Shown in pieces: positions 19,127 through 28,399 of a DNA stretch of 64,000 bases. The DNA is from Flavobacteriales bacterium (GTDB lineage Bacteria; Bacteroidota; Bacteroidia; Flavobacteriales_F; PHOS-HE28): the NCBI GenBank assembly GCA_020635695.1, contig JACJZH010000005.1:174961-238960 (forward strand). The letters are read 5' to 3'. How positions within the stretch are numbered: position 1 is the first letter of the stretch; the number at the start of each line of letters is the position of its first letter. The notes under the pieces were generated by a model, which saw only the letters and a program-made list of their open reading frames with translations, was not told the origin of the DNA and searched no databases. Position numbers and translations under genes: made by a program.

Positions 19127-20016
19127 CGGATGCTGGCGAGTTTCACCTTGAGCGATTCCATCACCGCATCGATCGCCTCTTTCTTCGCCTGCAGGTCGCC
19201 TATGTCCTCCAAGGCGTCCGGTGCATCATCTCCGGCCTTGTCGATCTTCTTGGAGGTCTTTTGCTGGTCCTCCATCAGGTCCATCTGTTTGGATTCCAGT
19301 TTGGCCAGCTCCTTCTGCTTCTTCGCGATCTTCTCCAGGGTCTTCGGGTCCTTGTTCAGGTCGTACTTCCGCTGCAACGAGGCGATCTCCTTGCGGACCT
19401 TCTCGGCATCCTTCAGGTTGTCCTCGGCCTTGTCCTGAAGCTTCGTCAGGTCCTGCTGAAGGTCGTCCTCGTTGTCCACGGCCTTGCCATGGTCCTTCTG
19501 TGCCTTTTCGAGGTCGTCGTTCACCTTGTCCAGGTCCTTCTGCACCTCGGCGATCTGCTCGTTCACCACGGCCTGGTTGAGGGCCACCGCCAGATCGTGT
19601 GCCACGGACATGGCCCTGGCGCCGTCCACCGGCGATCCCTGGGAGTCGAGCACCACCAGGCGCACGTCGGTCGCCACGCGCTTCTTGTCCCAGTTCAACT
19701 GACCGCGCAGGTCCACCGGTCCCTGTTCATCCAGCATCGCCTGTCCGGCGACCAGGATGCCACCGCTGCGGTCCACGCTGGTGGCGCGTTCCTTGAAGTG
19801 CTGTTTCCAGAGGTCGTACACCTCGCCATCATCGGCCTCGTGCACCACGATCAGCTGGGCCGGCCGGGTGATCGTGTCCATCTTCAGGGAGTCCTGGACC
19901 GGCTTCAGGTCATGCGTCCAGGAGGTGGAGAAGCCGTAGTCCTGTGCGGCAAGGACAAGCCCGGTGGTGAGCGTGAGCAGGGTGAGGGTACTGCGGATCA
20001 TGGTCGGCGTGTTCAT
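19123..20016 (-). CDS. Secreted protein with a long K/E/D-rich C-terminal coiled coil, function unknown
   Basis: Trimmed to the ATG at 20016 (MNTPTMIRSTLTLLTLTTGLVLAAQD signal peptide). It overlaps the downstream lipoprotein gene by ATGA. Confidence 0.5.
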   Translation of the reverse strand: MNTPTMIRSTLTLLTLTTGLVLAAQDYGFSTSWTHDLKPVQDSLKMDTITRPAQLIVVHEADDGEVYDLWKQHFKERATSVDRSGGILVAGQAMLDEQGPVDLRGQLNWDKKRVATDVRLVVLDSQGSPVDGARAMSVAHDLAVALNQAVVNEQIAEVQKDLDKVNDDLEKAQKDHGKAVDNEDDLQQDLTKLQDKAEDNLKDAEKVRKEIASLQRKYDLNKDPKTLEKIAKKQKELAKLESKQMDLMEDQQKTSKKIDKAGDDAPDALEDIGDLQAKKEAIDAVMESLKVKLASIR

Positions 20017-20083
20017 GGGTCCTTTGGACTTGTCCAAGGTACGTGGGTCACCCCGAACCGCGCTGTCCGCCGCGGCGCTTTCG

Positions 20084-20091
20084 CACCTTTG
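20084..20091 (+). promoter_or_regulatory. -7-like box CACCTTTG 4 nt before the tsaC ATG
   Basis: It has one mismatch to TAnnTTTG. Confidence 0.3.
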
Positions 20092-20095
20092 CCGC

Positions 20096-21058
20096 ATGGG
20101 CGCACAGGTGGGCACCGATCTGGCCAGGGCGGCCCGCCTGCTCCGTGAAGGTGGCGTGGTCGCCGTGCCCACGGAAACGGTCTACGGGCTGGCGGCCAAC
20201 GCCTTCGATCCGGATGCCGCGCTGCAGGTCTTCGCCATCAAGGAAAGGCCAAGCTTCGATCCGTTGATCGTGCATGTCGGGGAACGCAGCGAAGTGGCCC
20301 GTGTGGCACGGGATCTTCCACCCGGCGCGGAAGCGTTGATGGACGCCTTCTGGCCCGGGCCGCTGACCCTGGTGCTGCCCAGGAGCGCGGAGGTGCCCGA
20401 TGTGGTGACCAGCGGCCTGGACACGGTGGGGGTACGCATGCCCGCCCATCCGTTGTTGCGGGAATTGCTGGGCCAACTGGACTTTCCCCTGGCCGCCCCC
20501 AGCGCGAACCCCTTCGGGTATGTGAGCCCCACCACCGCGCAACACGTGGCCGACCAGCTCGGCGACCGGGTGCCCTACATCCTGGACGGTGGACCCTGCG
20601 TGGTGGGAGTGGAGAGCACCATCCTGGGGCATGAAAGCGGCCGGTGGAGGCTGTACCGCCCGGGCGGTATTGGGATGGAGGACGTCACCCGTGTTCTGGG
20701 GAAGGAGCCGGAAGTGCAGGCACAAAGCCCGCTGCAACTGCCGGCACCGGGCATGCTGGCCTCGCACTATGCCCCGCGCAAGCCGGTGGTGCTTGGCGAC
20801 CTGGATGAACTGCATGCCGCCCATGCCGGCGAACGGACCGCCACCATCGCCTTTCAGCGGGAGCGGTCGCCGGGGCCTTGCCGCGTGTTGTCGCCCAGCG
20901 GCGATCTGGCGGAGGCCGCACGCAACCTGTTCGCGGCGCTTCGTGAACTGGACGCCAGCGATGTGGCGGTGATCCTGGCCGAGCCGGTCCCGGAGGAGGG
21001 ATTGGGTCGTGCCATCAATGATCGGCTGCGCCGGGCGGCCGCTCAACGACCGGCCTGA
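20096..21058 (+). CDS. tsaC: L-threonylcarbamoyladenylate synthase (Sua5/YwlC type)
   Basis: 320 aa from the ATG at 20096. VVAVPTETVYGLAANAFDPDAALQVFAIKERPSFDPLIVHV is the YrdC-domain signature, and a Sua5 C-terminal domain follows. Confidence 0.85.
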   Translation: MGAQVGTDLARAARLLREGGVVAVPTETVYGLAANAFDPDAALQVFAIKERPSFDPLIVHVGERSEVARVARDLPPGAEALMDAFWPGPLTLVLPRSAEVPDVVTSGLDTVGVRMPAHPLLRELLGQLDFPLAAPSANPFGYVSPTTAQHVADQLGDRVPYILDGGPCVVGVESTILGHESGRWRLYRPGGIGMEDVTRVLGKEPEVQAQSPLQLPAPGMLASHYAPRKPVVLGDLDELHAAHAGERTATIAFQRERSPGPCRVLSPSGDLAEAARNLFAALRELDASDVAVILAEPVPEEGLGRAINDRLRRAAAQRPA

Positions 21059-21142
21059 TACCGACGGGCCGGGTGCATCCTTGGAAAGCTCCCTGCGCCG
21101 ACCTATCTTCAGGAAGCCTTCGGGCCGCTGATCCCAACCGCC

Positions 21143-21532
21143 ATGAGCACGACGCTGAACCCCCGGGAACTGACCCTCGTGTACGACAGTACCACGTCGG
21201 AAGGCCGCAAGGCGCTGGCCTATGCCTTCTCGCTCTCGTCCAAGGTGAACCGCCAGGACGTGAGCGAGGTGAAGCTCAGCACCACGTTCGTGCGCCAGGT
21301 GGTGAAGGCCCTGCAGCTGCGTCCGAAGGACCTGCTGAACCGGGCCGACCCCTACTACCAGCAGCATGTGCGGGGCCGCGACCTGAACATGGAGGGCTGG
21401 CTGGACGTGCTGGCCCGGAATCCCAGGTTGCTCAAGGGGCCGATCGCCCTCCTGGGTGATCGCGCGGTGCTTTGCGAGCCACCTTCGCTCATCTACCAGC
21501 TCACCAAACCGGTCGTCAGGCCGGTGGAATGA
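21143..21532 (+). CDS. ArsC/Spx-fold family protein lacking the N-terminal cysteines
   Basis: 129 aa. The layout matches ArsC/YffB proteins (LLKGPIALLGDRAVLCE tail), but the CxxC position reads STTSEG. Confidence 0.5.
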   Translation: MSTTLNPRELTLVYDSTTSEGRKALAYAFSLSSKVNRQDVSEVKLSTTFVRQVVKALQLRPKDLLNRADPYYQQHVRGRDLNMEGWLDVLARNPRLLKGPIALLGDRAVLCEPPSLIYQLTKPVVRPVE

Positions 21533-21567
21533 ACCCGGCCCCCGCCGGGGTGTTGGCCGAATAGCCC

Positions 21568-21575
21568 GATCTTTG
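21568..21575 (+). promoter_or_regulatory. -7-like box GATCTTTG(CG) upstream of dxr
   Basis: It has one mismatch, contains the CTTTGCG core, and lies 28 nt before the ATG at 21604. Confidence 0.3.
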
Positions 21576-21603
21576 CGCGTTCGGGCCGGTGGGTCCGTCG
21601 TTC

Positions 21604-22770
21604 ATGCCCAAAGGGATCGCCATACTCGGGTCCACCGGATCCATCGGCACGCAGGCGCTCGACGTCGTGCGTGAGCACCCCGGCCATTTCCAGGTGGAAC
21701 TGCTCACCGCCGGGCGCAATGCCGACCTGCTCATCGCGCAGGCCCTGGAGTTCAAGCCGAACGCCGTGGTGATCGCCGACACGCCCCAGCTGGACCGGGT
21801 GAAGGACGCCCTCTTCCCGCAGGGGATCAAGGTCTATGGCGGGCTGGAGGCCATTGCCCAGGCGGTGACCATGGACGGCATCGACGTGGTGCTCACGGCC
21901 ATGGTCGGCTATGCGGGCCTGCGTCCCACGCTGGCGGCCATCGGGGCGGGAAAGACCATCGCCCTGGCGAACAAGGAGACGCTGGTGGTGGCCGGGGAAC
22001 CGATCACCCGGGCGGCCCGCGAGGCCGGGGTCAACATCTACCCGGTGGACAGCGAGCATTCGGCCATCTTCCAATGCCTGGTGGGCGAGTGGCACAACCC
22101 GATCGAGAAGATCGTGCTCACGGCCAGTGGCGGACCCTTCCGCGGCAGGACCCGGGAGGAGCTGGCCACGGTGACCAAGGCCCAGGCCCTGAAGCATCCC
22201 AACTGGGACATGGGCGCCAAGATCACCATCGACAGCGCCAGCCTGATGAACAAGGGACTGGAGGCCATCGAGGCGAAATGGCTCTTCAGCCTGCGGCCCG
22301 ATCAGATCGAGATCGTCGTCCACCCCCAGAGCATCATCCACAGCCTGGTGCAGTTCCGCGATGGCAGCATGAAGGCCCAGCTGGGCCTGCCCGACATGAA
22401 GCTGCCCATCCAGTACGCCCTGGCCTTTCCCGACCGCCTGCCCACGAGCTGGCCGCGCTTCGACTTCGCCGACTACGGCTCGCTCACGTTCGAAGCACCC
22501 GACCTGGGCACCTTCCGCAACCTGGCGCTGGCCCTGGAGGCCATGGCCCGGGGAGGCACCGCTCCCTGCGTGCTGAACGCCGCGAACGAGGTGGCCGTGG
22601 AGGCCTTTCTTCAGGACCGGATCGGCTTTCTGGAAATGAGCGACCTGATCGCCGACCTGATGGACCGCGTGCCGCACGTGGCATCGCCCGACCTGGAGGC
22701 CCTGGAGGCCACCGATAGTGAGACACGCCGCCTGGCGTACGAACGCATCCCGACCGCATGGAATTCCTGA
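21604..22770 (+). CDS. dxr: 1-deoxy-D-xylulose-5-phosphate reductoisomerase
   Basis: It has the KGIAILGSTGSIGTQALDVV NADPH site and reads as Dxr along its full length. The ATG at 21604 is preferred over the listed GTG at 21589. Confidence 0.95.
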   Translation: MPKGIAILGSTGSIGTQALDVVREHPGHFQVELLTAGRNADLLIAQALEFKPNAVVIADTPQLDRVKDALFPQGIKVYGGLEAIAQAVTMDGIDVVLTAMVGYAGLRPTLAAIGAGKTIALANKETLVVAGEPITRAAREAGVNIYPVDSEHSAIFQCLVGEWHNPIEKIVLTASGGPFRGRTREELATVTKAQALKHPNWDMGAKITIDSASLMNKGLEAIEAKWLFSLRPDQIEIVVHPQSIIHSLVQFRDGSMKAQLGLPDMKLPIQYALAFPDRLPTSWPRFDFADYGSLTFEAPDLGTFRNLALALEAMARGGTAPCVLNAANEVAVEAFLQDRIGFLEMSDLIADLMDRVPHVASPDLEALEATDSETRRLAYERIPTAWNS

Positions 22771-24083
22771 TCAAGGCCACGCAACTGATCCTGAGCCTGA
22801 GCATCCTGGTGGTGCTCCACGAGCTGGGGCACTTCGTCCCGGCCCGGCTCTTCGGCACCCGCGTGGAGAAGTTCTTCCTCTTCTTCGACGCCGGCTTCGC
22901 CCTGTGGAAGAAGAAGATCGGCGATACCGTCTTCGGCATCGGCTGGATCCCCTTCGGCGGGTATGTGAAGATCAGCGGCATGATCGACGAAAGCATGGAC
23001 AAGGACCAGTTGTCCAAGCCGCCCGAGCCGTGGGAGTTCCGCAGCAAGCCCGCGTGGCAGCGCCTGATCATCATGGTCGGCGGGGTCACGGTGAACCTGT
23101 TGTTGGGCATGCTCATCTACATCGGCATCCTGTGGGTGTGGGGCCGCGATTACCTGCCGCTGGCCAGCACCACCTACGGGGTGGAGCCGAGCGCCGTGAT
23201 GGTGGAAGAAGGGTTCCGTCCCGGTGACAGGATCCTGGGCGTGGAGGGGCATGACGTGCGCTCGGTGGACGAACTGGGCAAGGCCATCCTGATCGGCGAG
23301 GCGCGCAGCGTACAGGTCGAACGCGACGGACGCCGGGAGACCATCACGCTGAGCGGGGATGTCGACGAACGCATCCTGGACCGCAAGGAGAAGGTGCTCT
23401 TCCTGCCCCGGGTGCCCTTCGTGATCGACAGCCTGGTGCCCGGTTCAGGAGCTGCGTCCAGCACCCTGCGCGTGGGCGACCGTGTGGTGGGTGTGGGTGG
23501 CCGTGAGACCCCCTACTTCGCCGACTTTCAGCGGACGGTCCGGGACCTCTCCGGACAATGGACCTTCTTGGACGTGGAGCGCGATGGAAAGCGACAAAGC
23601 ATGCTCGTGGAGGTGAGCGACCGGGGCGCCATCGGGGCTTACAACACGCCCTTGGACGAGCAGTTCGAGCTGGCTCATCAGGACTACGGTTTCACGGCCG
23701 CGATCCCGGCCGGCATCGCCTACGGCTGGAACACCCTGTCCGACTACGTGTCGTCGTTGAAGCTGCTCTTCAGCCCCGCGGGCGCCAGCCAGATCGGTGG
23801 ATTCGGGGTCATTGGCAGCCTGTTCCCTTCGGACTGGGACTGGCAGCGGTTCTGGGAGATGACCGCCTTCCTGAGCATCATCCTCGCCTTCATGAACATC
23901 CTGCCGATCCCGGCCTTGGACGGGGGTCATGTGATGTTCCTGCTCTACGAGATGCTGACCCGTCGCCCGCCCAACCAGAAGGTCCTGGAAGTGGCCCAGA
24001 TGGTGGGCATGGTGCTGCTGCTGTCGCTGATCCTGTTCGCCAATGGCAACGACGTGGTGAAGTGGTTCACCGGCGAGCTCTGA
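22758..24083 (+). CDS. rseP: RIP metalloprotease RseP (site-2 protease)
   Basis: 441 aa with HELGHF in the first TM helix, a PDZ region, and the conserved position after dxr. Confidence 0.9.
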   Translation: MEFLIKATQLILSLSILVVLHELGHFVPARLFGTRVEKFFLFFDAGFALWKKKIGDTVFGIGWIPFGGYVKISGMIDESMDKDQLSKPPEPWEFRSKPAWQRLIIMVGGVTVNLLLGMLIYIGILWVWGRDYLPLASTTYGVEPSAVMVEEGFRPGDRILGVEGHDVRSVDELGKAILIGEARSVQVERDGRRETITLSGDVDERILDRKEKVLFLPRVPFVIDSLVPGSGAASSTLRVGDRVVGVGGRETPYFADFQRTVRDLSGQWTFLDVERDGKRQSMLVEVSDRGAIGAYNTPLDEQFELAHQDYGFTAAIPAGIAYGWNTLSDYVSSLKLLFSPAGASQIGGFGVIGSLFPSDWDWQRFWEMTAFLSIILAFMNILPIPALDGGHVMFLLYEMLTRRPPNQKVLEVAQMVGMVLLLSLILFANGNDVVKWFTGEL

Positions 24084-24086
24084 GGC

Positions 24087-25337
24087 ATGGATCCCTACCT
24101 CTTCATCATCGTGGCCGCCGTGGCGGTGATCGTCTCGCACCTGTTCAATGTGCTGGCGAAGGCGACGAACATCCCGAGCGTGCTCATGCTCATCGCACTG
24201 GGCCTGGTGCTGCACCAGGTGCTGCGGTATTTCGGGGGCTTCACCCCGGGGCCGCTCTTCGTGCAGGTGCTGAACGTGCTGGGCATCGCCGGGCTGATCA
24301 TGATCGTGCTGGAGGCCGCGTTGGACCTCGAGCTGACCCGGGATCGCCGGGCCTTGATCGCGCGTTCCTTCGCCGTGGCGTTCTGCACCCTGCTCGGCAC
24401 CACCGCGGCCATCGCGTTCGTGCTTTACTCGGTGCTCGTGCAGGACGTGTTCCGCTGCCTGGTCTACGCCACGCCGCTGGCCATCGTGAGCAGTGCCATC
24501 GTGCTGCCCAGCGTCACCAGCATGCAGCGCGATCAGCGGGAGTTCATGGTGTACGAGGCCACGTTCTCGGACATCCTGGGCATCATGCTGTTCTACTTCC
24601 TGGTGGATGACCACGGGGATGCCACCGCCGGGCAGATCGCCGCGAACGTGGCGGGCAGTGTGTTCGTCACGGTGCTGGTCTCCCTGCTGGTGGGCATCGC
24701 CCTCATCTGGGTGTTCCAGCGCATCCGTACGCGGGTCAAGTTCTTCCTGCTGATCGCGGTGCTCATGCTCCTGTACGCGCTGGGCAAGAAGATGAACCTG
24801 TCCTCGCTGCTCATCATCCTGGTCTTCGGGCTCATGGTGAAGAACCACGGCATGATCTTCCGGGGATGGATCTCGCGGCTGACCCGCAGTGGCGTGATGC
24901 ACACCATCGAGAAGGAACTGCACCTGATCACCGGGGAGACGGCCTTCCTGGTGCGCACCTTCTTCTTCCTGGTCTTCGGTCTCACGATCGACGTCACCCG
25001 GCTCGCCGACCCGCAGGTGCTGTTGCTTGGCGGCATCATCGTGGTGGTGATCTACGCGGTACGCAGCGTGTTCGTGGGGGTGTTCCGCCGCAGCGGCGTG
25101 CGCACGATCACCATGGTGGCGCCACGGGGCCTGATCACCATCCTGCTGGCCTACAACATCCCGGACCACCTGCGCATCCCCGACCGCGATGGCAGCATCC
25201 TGCTGGAGGTGATCCTGGTGACCAGCGTGGTGATGATGGTGGGTCTGATGACCAGTGGCAACAAGGCGGACCTGAGCGTGACCGGGGATCCATCGGGATC
25301 GCTGCCATCATCATCGGTCGCGGAGGAGGACGCGTAA
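24087..25337 (+). CDS. Cation:proton antiporter (Na+/H+ exchanger family)
   Basis: 416 aa with 10 or more TM helices, and a CPA1-like sequence throughout. Confidence 0.75.
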   Translation: MDPYLFIIVAAVAVIVSHLFNVLAKATNIPSVLMLIALGLVLHQVLRYFGGFTPGPLFVQVLNVLGIAGLIMIVLEAALDLELTRDRRALIARSFAVAFCTLLGTTAAIAFVLYSVLVQDVFRCLVYATPLAIVSSAIVLPSVTSMQRDQREFMVYEATFSDILGIMLFYFLVDDHGDATAGQIAANVAGSVFVTVLVSLLVGIALIWVFQRIRTRVKFFLLIAVLMLLYALGKKMNLSSLLIILVFGLMVKNHGMIFRGWISRLTRSGVMHTIEKELHLITGETAFLVRTFFFLVFGLTIDVTRLADPQVLLLGGIIVVVIYAVRSVFVGVFRRSGVRTITMVAPRGLITILLAYNIPDHLRIPDRDGSILLEVILVTSVVMMVGLMTSGNKADLSVTGDPSGSLPSSSVAEEDA

Positions 25338-25392
25338 CCGCAGCAGCTTGTTCACGTACACAGGTCGTGCGGCGCAGCCGCCTGATCTCCCC

Positions 25393-25752
25393 ATGCACCA
25401 TGTGGTCCTGATCGAGGATGATGCGCTCGTGCGCATGCTGCTGGCCAAGCGCCTGGAGGCCGCCGGCTGGTCGGTGACCGCGTTGCGTGATGCCCGAGGC
25501 TTGGATGCGTTGCTCGCCGATCGTCCGGCCGACCTGATCGTGGCCGACCTGGGCCTGCCGTACCTCGATGGACTGGCCGTGGTGGAAGGGGTCCGGGCCA
25601 GAGGGCTTTCGGTGCCGGTACTGGTGCTCACGGCGTACGACCTGCCTCATCTGGAAGAGGCCGTGCGCGGTGCCGGTGCGGATGCACTTGTGCGCAAACC
25701 GTACGACCAGGACGAGCTGGTTGAGCGCATGCGCCGGTTGATGGCCGCCTGA
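25393..25752 (+). CDS. Single-domain response regulator (receiver only)
   Basis: 119 aa from the ATG at 25393. It has the acidic pocket IEDD, the phospho-acceptor context DLIVADLGLP, and the VLVLTAY and RKPYD motifs. Confidence 0.8.
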   Translation: MHHVVLIEDDALVRMLLAKRLEAAGWSVTALRDARGLDALLADRPADLIVADLGLPYLDGLAVVEGVRARGLSVPVLVLTAYDLPHLEEAVRGAGADALVRKPYDQDELVERMRRLMAA

Positions 25753-25762
25753 GGGCATCTTT

Positions 25763-26827
25763 GTGCCCGTGCCCGGCGCTCCTGTACATGACGTGATCGT
25801 GATCGGCCGTGGCATCGCGGGCGTGCTCCTTTCCGAGGAGCTGCGCGAACGCGGCCTGGATGTGCTGGTCGTTGATCATCCGCGCCCCGGCAGGGCTTCC
25901 GCCGTGGCCGCCGGCGTGGTGAACCCCGTGGTGCTGCGCCGTACCGTGCCCAGTTGGCGGGCGGCCTCCATGTTGCCTCTCGCCGGTGAACGGTACCGGC
26001 AACTGGAAGCCAGGCTGAACGTGCGTTGCTGGCATCCATCACCCCTGTTCCGCGTATTCCCAGGCGATACGGACCGGGAGGACTGGGTCAGGCATCAGGA
26101 TGATCCGGAGGTGGGGTCTTTCCTGGGTCAGCCGGGCGATGACGTGCCGGGTGGCGTGGACGCCCCGTTCGGCATGGGGCCGGTACTGGGCGCTGCCTGG
26201 CTGGACGTTCCCGCGCTCCTGGACGCGCACCGGAAGGCCTGGTCGGCGGAAGGCCGGCTGATCGAACAGGAAGTGGGCCCGGCCGATGTGCGCCGATCCG
26301 CAGGGGAGGTGGTCGTCCTCGAGCGGCGTGCCAGGCTCGTCGTTCACACCACCGGTCCGTTCGCGGAGGTGCCCGGCCTGTCGCGGGTACGGGGTGAAGG
26401 GCTCACGATCCGCGTGCCCGGCCTCCAACTGCCAGGCATCGTTCACCGGGGCGTGTTCCTGCTTCCACAAGGTGGCGACCTGTTCCGGGTCGGCGCCACC
26501 TTCGCCTGGGACCAGGTCTGGAGCGGTCCCACGGATCAGGGCAGGGCCTGGCTGGAGGAACGACTGAAGCAGTTGCTGATGCTGCCCTACGAGGTGGTCG
26601 ATCACTGGGCGGGGGTCCGGCCCGCATCGAAGGACCGGCGGCCGATCCTCGGACGGACATCGCCGCAGGAGGCGGTGTTGAACGGTCTCGGTTCGCGCGG
26701 GGTGCTGCTCGCGCCCTGGTGCGCGCGTCATCTGGCCGATCACCTGATGGCAGGCCGACCGCTGGATCCGGAAGTGGACGCAGCGCGGTTCTCCGATCAG
26801 GGTAGGACCACCACCCGTCCCGCGTAG
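25763..26827 (+). CDS. FAD-dependent oxidoreductase (DAO family)
   Basis: 354 aa with a GTG start and the dinucleotide fold DVIVIGRGIAGVLLSEEL. Confidence 0.7.
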   Translation: MPVPGAPVHDVIVIGRGIAGVLLSEELRERGLDVLVVDHPRPGRASAVAAGVVNPVVLRRTVPSWRAASMLPLAGERYRQLEARLNVRCWHPSPLFRVFPGDTDREDWVRHQDDPEVGSFLGQPGDDVPGGVDAPFGMGPVLGAAWLDVPALLDAHRKAWSAEGRLIEQEVGPADVRRSAGEVVVLERRARLVVHTTGPFAEVPGLSRVRGEGLTIRVPGLQLPGIVHRGVFLLPQGGDLFRVGATFAWDQVWSGPTDQGRAWLEERLKQLLMLPYEVVDHWAGVRPASKDRRPILGRTSPQEAVLNGLGSRGVLLAPWCARHLADHLMAGRPLDPEVDAARFSDQGRTTTRPA

Positions 26828-28350
26828 CGGTTGCCTGCCCGGTCCACGGCTTGGATCGGGTAGATACCGCTGGCGAGGAACGAAAGGTCCACCAGCGTGG
26901 CGTCGACCTGGGTGCGGATGACGGGCAGGTCCACGGTCCTGCCAAGGGCATCGAATGCCAGTACCTGCTGGTAAGTGCCTTGCAGGGTCATCTGCTCCTT
27001 CGTCGGGTTGGGATGTGCGATCAACGAGCGGACGGGTTCCTCGGCGATCCCCAGGGTCTGGCATTGGATGGCCGGGTCCGGGACCACCGGTGTTCCCGAC
27101 CACGAGAGCGATCCGTCGCCCAACGAGCCAGCGGTCATGGGGGCTGCCTGGGTCGCCAGGTTCAGTGTGTTCACCACCAGGCCCTGTGCCGGACCACGGT
27201 CGCAACCGGTGAGTCCGGATGCATCGGTGCGGGCCACCCACACATCCGTTCCGCTGGCCACGTCGGAACGGCTTCCGGTGAGTACGAACCCGCCATCGGA
27301 CAGCACCTTCAGGTCCCTTGCCTCGTCCTCGAGCACATCCCCGTAAGTCCGCGTGAACAAGGTGTCTCCGTTCAGGTCGGTGCGGATCAGCAGGGCGTTC
27401 TGGATGTCCGTGCCCTGTCCCTGGATCCTTCCGCAGGCCGCGAAGCCGTCGCTGAGGGCGACTACGGCGACCAGCCCATCCCCATTGAACGCGGTGCCAT
27501 AGGATCGCGCCCAGAGCAGGTCCCCATTGGTGTCCAGGCGCACGAGCGTGCCGTTCCCATCCCGATCTCCGCAAAGAATGAAGCCACCATCGGCCGTCTG
27601 CGCAGCATCGAAGGCCAGGCCGCCCAGAAAGCCACCGCCATAGGCCCGCGTCCACAAGGTGTCACCCGCCCCGTTCAGCCGGATGGCCAGCATGTCGCTC
27701 GTTCCCAGGTTGTGGAACCCGCGCGTGTAGCCCACGACCAGGGCCCCTCCGTCCGAGGTCGCGGTCACACCATACGCTTCCTGGGCGAAGGTGTCCGTCC
27801 AGGTGCCGATCCCGATCACCGTGCCATCGGTCCGGTAGATACCGGCCACACTGCTCAGCAACAGGTCGGGAGGAGCGGTCTCATGTGATCCCACCAGGAG
27901 GAAGGTGCTGTCGGTCAAGGCCGCCAGCCGGCAGCGCACCTGGCTGCCCTGTTGTCCCACACTGCGTTGGTCCGTGATCGTTCCAGCCCCGTCCAGTTCG
28001 AGGAAGCCGTTGGCAAAACCGCCCTGGCCATCTGCATGCTTCTCGGCCACCAGAAGCTCATTGCTGGTGATGCTCAGGACATCGAAGGCCACGTCCGCCC
28101 CAGGTCCTCCGGTCCGCACGCTCCAATCGGCTTCGCCATCAGCGTTCAAGGAGAGAATGAGGACGTCCTGGTCCGCTCCACCCAGGCCGAACGTGGAGCC
28201 GACCACCACCAACCCGCCAGGCGTTATCGCCACCGCTTCACCGACGTCCGGGCCAGCGGAGCCGTAGGTCCGTTCGAAGAGTGGTTGGGCCTGGATCCCG
28301 CTGGTGGACACGACGAACAGGATGACCTGGAACAAGGTGGCTCGAAGCAT
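26797..28350 (-). CDS. Secreted beta-propeller-like repeat protein with a T9SS type-A C-terminal sorting domain
   Basis: Trimmed to the ATG at 28350 (MLRATLFQVILFVVSTSGIQAQ). About six ~50-aa repeats are present (R.n..GD.LW.r.YGG). The tail reads HPNPTKEQMTL...LVDLSFLASGIYPIQ. Confidence 0.7.
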   Translation of the reverse strand: MLRATLFQVILFVVSTSGIQAQPLFERTYGSAGPDVGEAVAITPGGLVVVGSTFGLGGADQDVLILSLNADGEADWSVRTGGPGADVAFDVLSITSNELLVAEKHADGQGGFANGFLELDGAGTITDQRSVGQQGSQVRCRLAALTDSTFLLVGSHETAPPDLLLSSVAGIYRTDGTVIGIGTWTDTFAQEAYGVTATSDGGALVVGYTRGFHNLGTSDMLAIRLNGAGDTLWTRAYGGGFLGGLAFDAAQTADGGFILCGDRDGNGTLVRLDTNGDLLWARSYGTAFNGDGLVAVVALSDGFAACGRIQGQGTDIQNALLIRTDLNGDTLFTRTYGDVLEDEARDLKVLSDGGFVLTGSRSDVASGTDVWVARTDASGLTGCDRGPAQGLVVNTLNLATQAAPMTAGSLGDGSLSWSGTPVVPDPAIQCQTLGIAEEPVRSLIAHPNPTKEQMTLQGTYQQVLAFDALGRTVDLPVIRTQVDATLVDLSFLASGIYPIQAVDRAGNRYAGRVVVLP

Positions 28351-28399
28351 GATCGTAGCGGTTGGAACCCACAAGTTGAGGGATCCAGCGGATATCCGT

